Shown in pieces: positions 62,397-64,000 of a stretch of 64,000 nucleotides of DNA (within the stretch, counting starts at the first letter, position 1; each line of letters starts with the position of its first letter). The stretch comes from Antedon mediterranea. Lineage: Eukaryota > Animalia > Echinodermata. Location of the stretch: NCBI RefSeq assembly GCF_964355755.1, contig NC_092670.1:6128201-6192200 (forward strand), given 5' to 3'. The notes under the pieces are model-generated. The model did not search any database. It was not told the DNA's origin and worked only from the letters and a program-made list of their open reading frames with translations. The position numbers and the translations under genes were made by a program.

Positions 62397-62611
62397 ATAT
62401 TACAGACCCAAAGTGAACAGTACATTCTCAATACATGCAGTGCAAACTCGTAAGGAAGTTCGAGGAGAGCGCATCCTCACTCATAACTACACCAGTCATC
62501 GTGAAATACGTGAAGCAGCTCGGCAGCGACTCCATGCACCTACCAGTGAACTTAGTGTTTGTGTAACCCCTCCAAATGAAAGAAACTCAATAGCAACCCC
62601 AACTCAACCAG
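62397..62611 (+). CDS. SENP1/2-like exon 8
   Basis: tag|A...G|gttaat; YYRPKVNSTFSIHAVQTRKE...ATPTQP. Confidence 0.8.
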
Positions 62612-63038
62612 GTTAATATTCTTTCTTGTTTATATTTTGTTTTGAAGTACCAACAATAGTTTTCTCTATGGATTACAATAAAGCCTAGATTACACTTGGG
62701 TCAAATTAAGTGAGTCACTGGCTATATTGAACAAGAAAATTCCAATCTGAATATGATTCCCTCGGACTAACCAAGATCAATGGTTAATTTTACTGACCAA
62801 TGGTGAAATTTACTAATGGTCTTGCGTGAGGTTTTCTTGACGTCCATTGTATGTCATAGAGAATTCTAGATTTGGGAGGCTCACAGGTATCCATCTTTGC
62901 GAATGTTTAATTTGGTATGTTCAAAACACCAAACTAAATGTCCAGATTCAATTTTGAGACAAAATATTTCTATTTGCTAATTTTTATTTAATATTTTTTC
63001 TGTACAATGGATAATTGATTTATTTTTTACAATATTAG

Positions 63039-63183
63039 ACTTTGATCGATCAGAATCTCCAATCATCACCGGAGTACACATGCCATCAAAAGGTTGGACA
63101 TCAACAAGTTCTAGAGAATTATCAAGTTTTCAACAAAATTTATCCAAATCAGTAGTAGCCAAAGAAGACTGGATTAAAGACTT
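63039..63183 (+). CDS. SENP1/2-like exon 9
   Basis: tag|AC...TT|gtaag; FDRSESPIITGVHMPSKGW...VAKEDWIKD. Confidence 0.83.
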
Positions 63184-63405
63184 GTAAGTTATTTCTATTT
63201 AAACCAAGGTGGCCCCAAAATCGGTCTTTACTTGGAGGTTTTCATAATAATATCTCTTATATATTCTCGCTGTGACAGTTTGTGAGTCTTTATTGACATT
63301 TCCAAATTTTTTTAGAGTTTGTAAGTATAACCCAGAAAATGTATCAACTGTTTGCAATTAAAATTATTGCCATATAAATTGTAATCAAAAGAGAGCATTC
63401 TTAAA

Positions 63406-63538
63406 CTCTGTCTACACTATCTTGACTTTATGTAATAATGTTTTGTGCCCATGGACATGATAATGTCGTAACACCACCATATTTGGGCACATCATACTTT
63501 TTTTGTAAAACTTGTTTGATAGTGTAGTGTAGACACCT
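63406..63538. mobile_element. MITE family A copy
   Basis: ctctgtctacactatc...ccatatttgggcacatca...gtttgatagtgtag. Confidence 0.75.
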
Positions 63539-63655
63539 TTAGCCCAAACAATATTATAAATAATTTACTCTATAGTATAGTGTGTTTATTCATGGATAAA
63601 AGACAGATTTGAATCAATCTCTTACTTTCTCTCTTTTCTTTTTTTCAATCAACAG

Positions 63656-63740
63656 AAAACTAAAGTTTGAATCTAGTACCCGAGAAAGAATTCGCCGGGC
63701 AGAAGAAGAAAGAATTAAAACTAAAATATATGAAGAACGA
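63656..63740 (+). CDS. SENP1/2-like exon 10
   Basis: cag|A...CGA|gtatgt; KLKFESSTRERIRRAEEERIKTKIYEER. Confidence 0.83.
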
Positions 63741-63962
63741 GTATGTATACTATAGTAATATTTTTAGTCAATAAAATTGCCCAAATTTACCTTACTTTTT
63801 TTTTTATTGAAAAAGTCCACATACCTGGATAAACAAATATATGCATACATCTTTTGAAATGATGGATATAAAACACACCTCTGAGTGAATGAAATAATCC
63901 CTTACCCTGTATGCAAAGATGTTGACATATCTTTTTTCATTGTTTTTTTCTCTTGTTTTTAG

Positions 63963-64000
63963 CGTATGCAAGAAATGTGCAAGATTGAACAAACTGTAAG
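63963..64000 (+). CDS. SENP1/2-like exon 11 (truncated by window edge)
   Basis: polypyrimidine-tag|CGT ATG CAA GAA ATG TGC AAG ATT GAA...; phase 0; end uncertain. Confidence 0.65.

Larger units (their letters stand above)
55958..64000 (+). other. Sentrin/SUMO-specific protease (SENP1/SENP2-like) gene span, 3'-partial
   Basis: Eleven in-phase exons. N-terminal amphipathic helix plus bipartite NLS (MVSKLKSVFNTFLG...RKRS...KRPKL) as in SENP2. SENP1-like motifs SIRLQHRDEYQQLLQQFT and DWIKDLKLKFESSTRERIRRAEE. The C48 catalytic domain is not in the window. Confidence 0.72.

Overview
AT-rich eukaryotic (metazoan, probably invertebrate; the taxon is an inference) genomic DNA with three spliced genes. 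(1) 1164-45026 (+): the 3' part of an unconventional myosin-X (MYO10) gene, hand-assembled from GT-AG exons with consistent phases. It runs from the late motor domain through 3 IQ motifs, a long E/R/K single-alpha-helix region, split PH1/PH2, PH3, MyTH4 and FERM to a TAG stop. Several extra symmetric cassette exons are candidates, four of them inside PH3. (2) 54225-51562 (-): a two-coding-exon Golgi galactose-3-O-sulfotransferase (GAL3ST family). (3) 55958->64000 (+): the N-terminal half of a SENP1/2-like SUMO protease; its catalytic domain lies beyond the window. Introns and intergenic DNA carry many non-autonomous mobile elements (Helentron-type HINE, Kolobok-like TTAA element, MITEs, tRNA-SINEs, LINE 3' ends). 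The most notable non-coding signal is a set of hammerhead ribozymes. Two identical, apparently intact type I hammerheads sit in a ~180-280 bp element inserted in (TA)n tracts 44 kb apart. A minimal hammerhead lies inside a TSD-flanked inverted Penelope-like insertion, and there is one degenerate copy. All calls were made by eye, without database searches.
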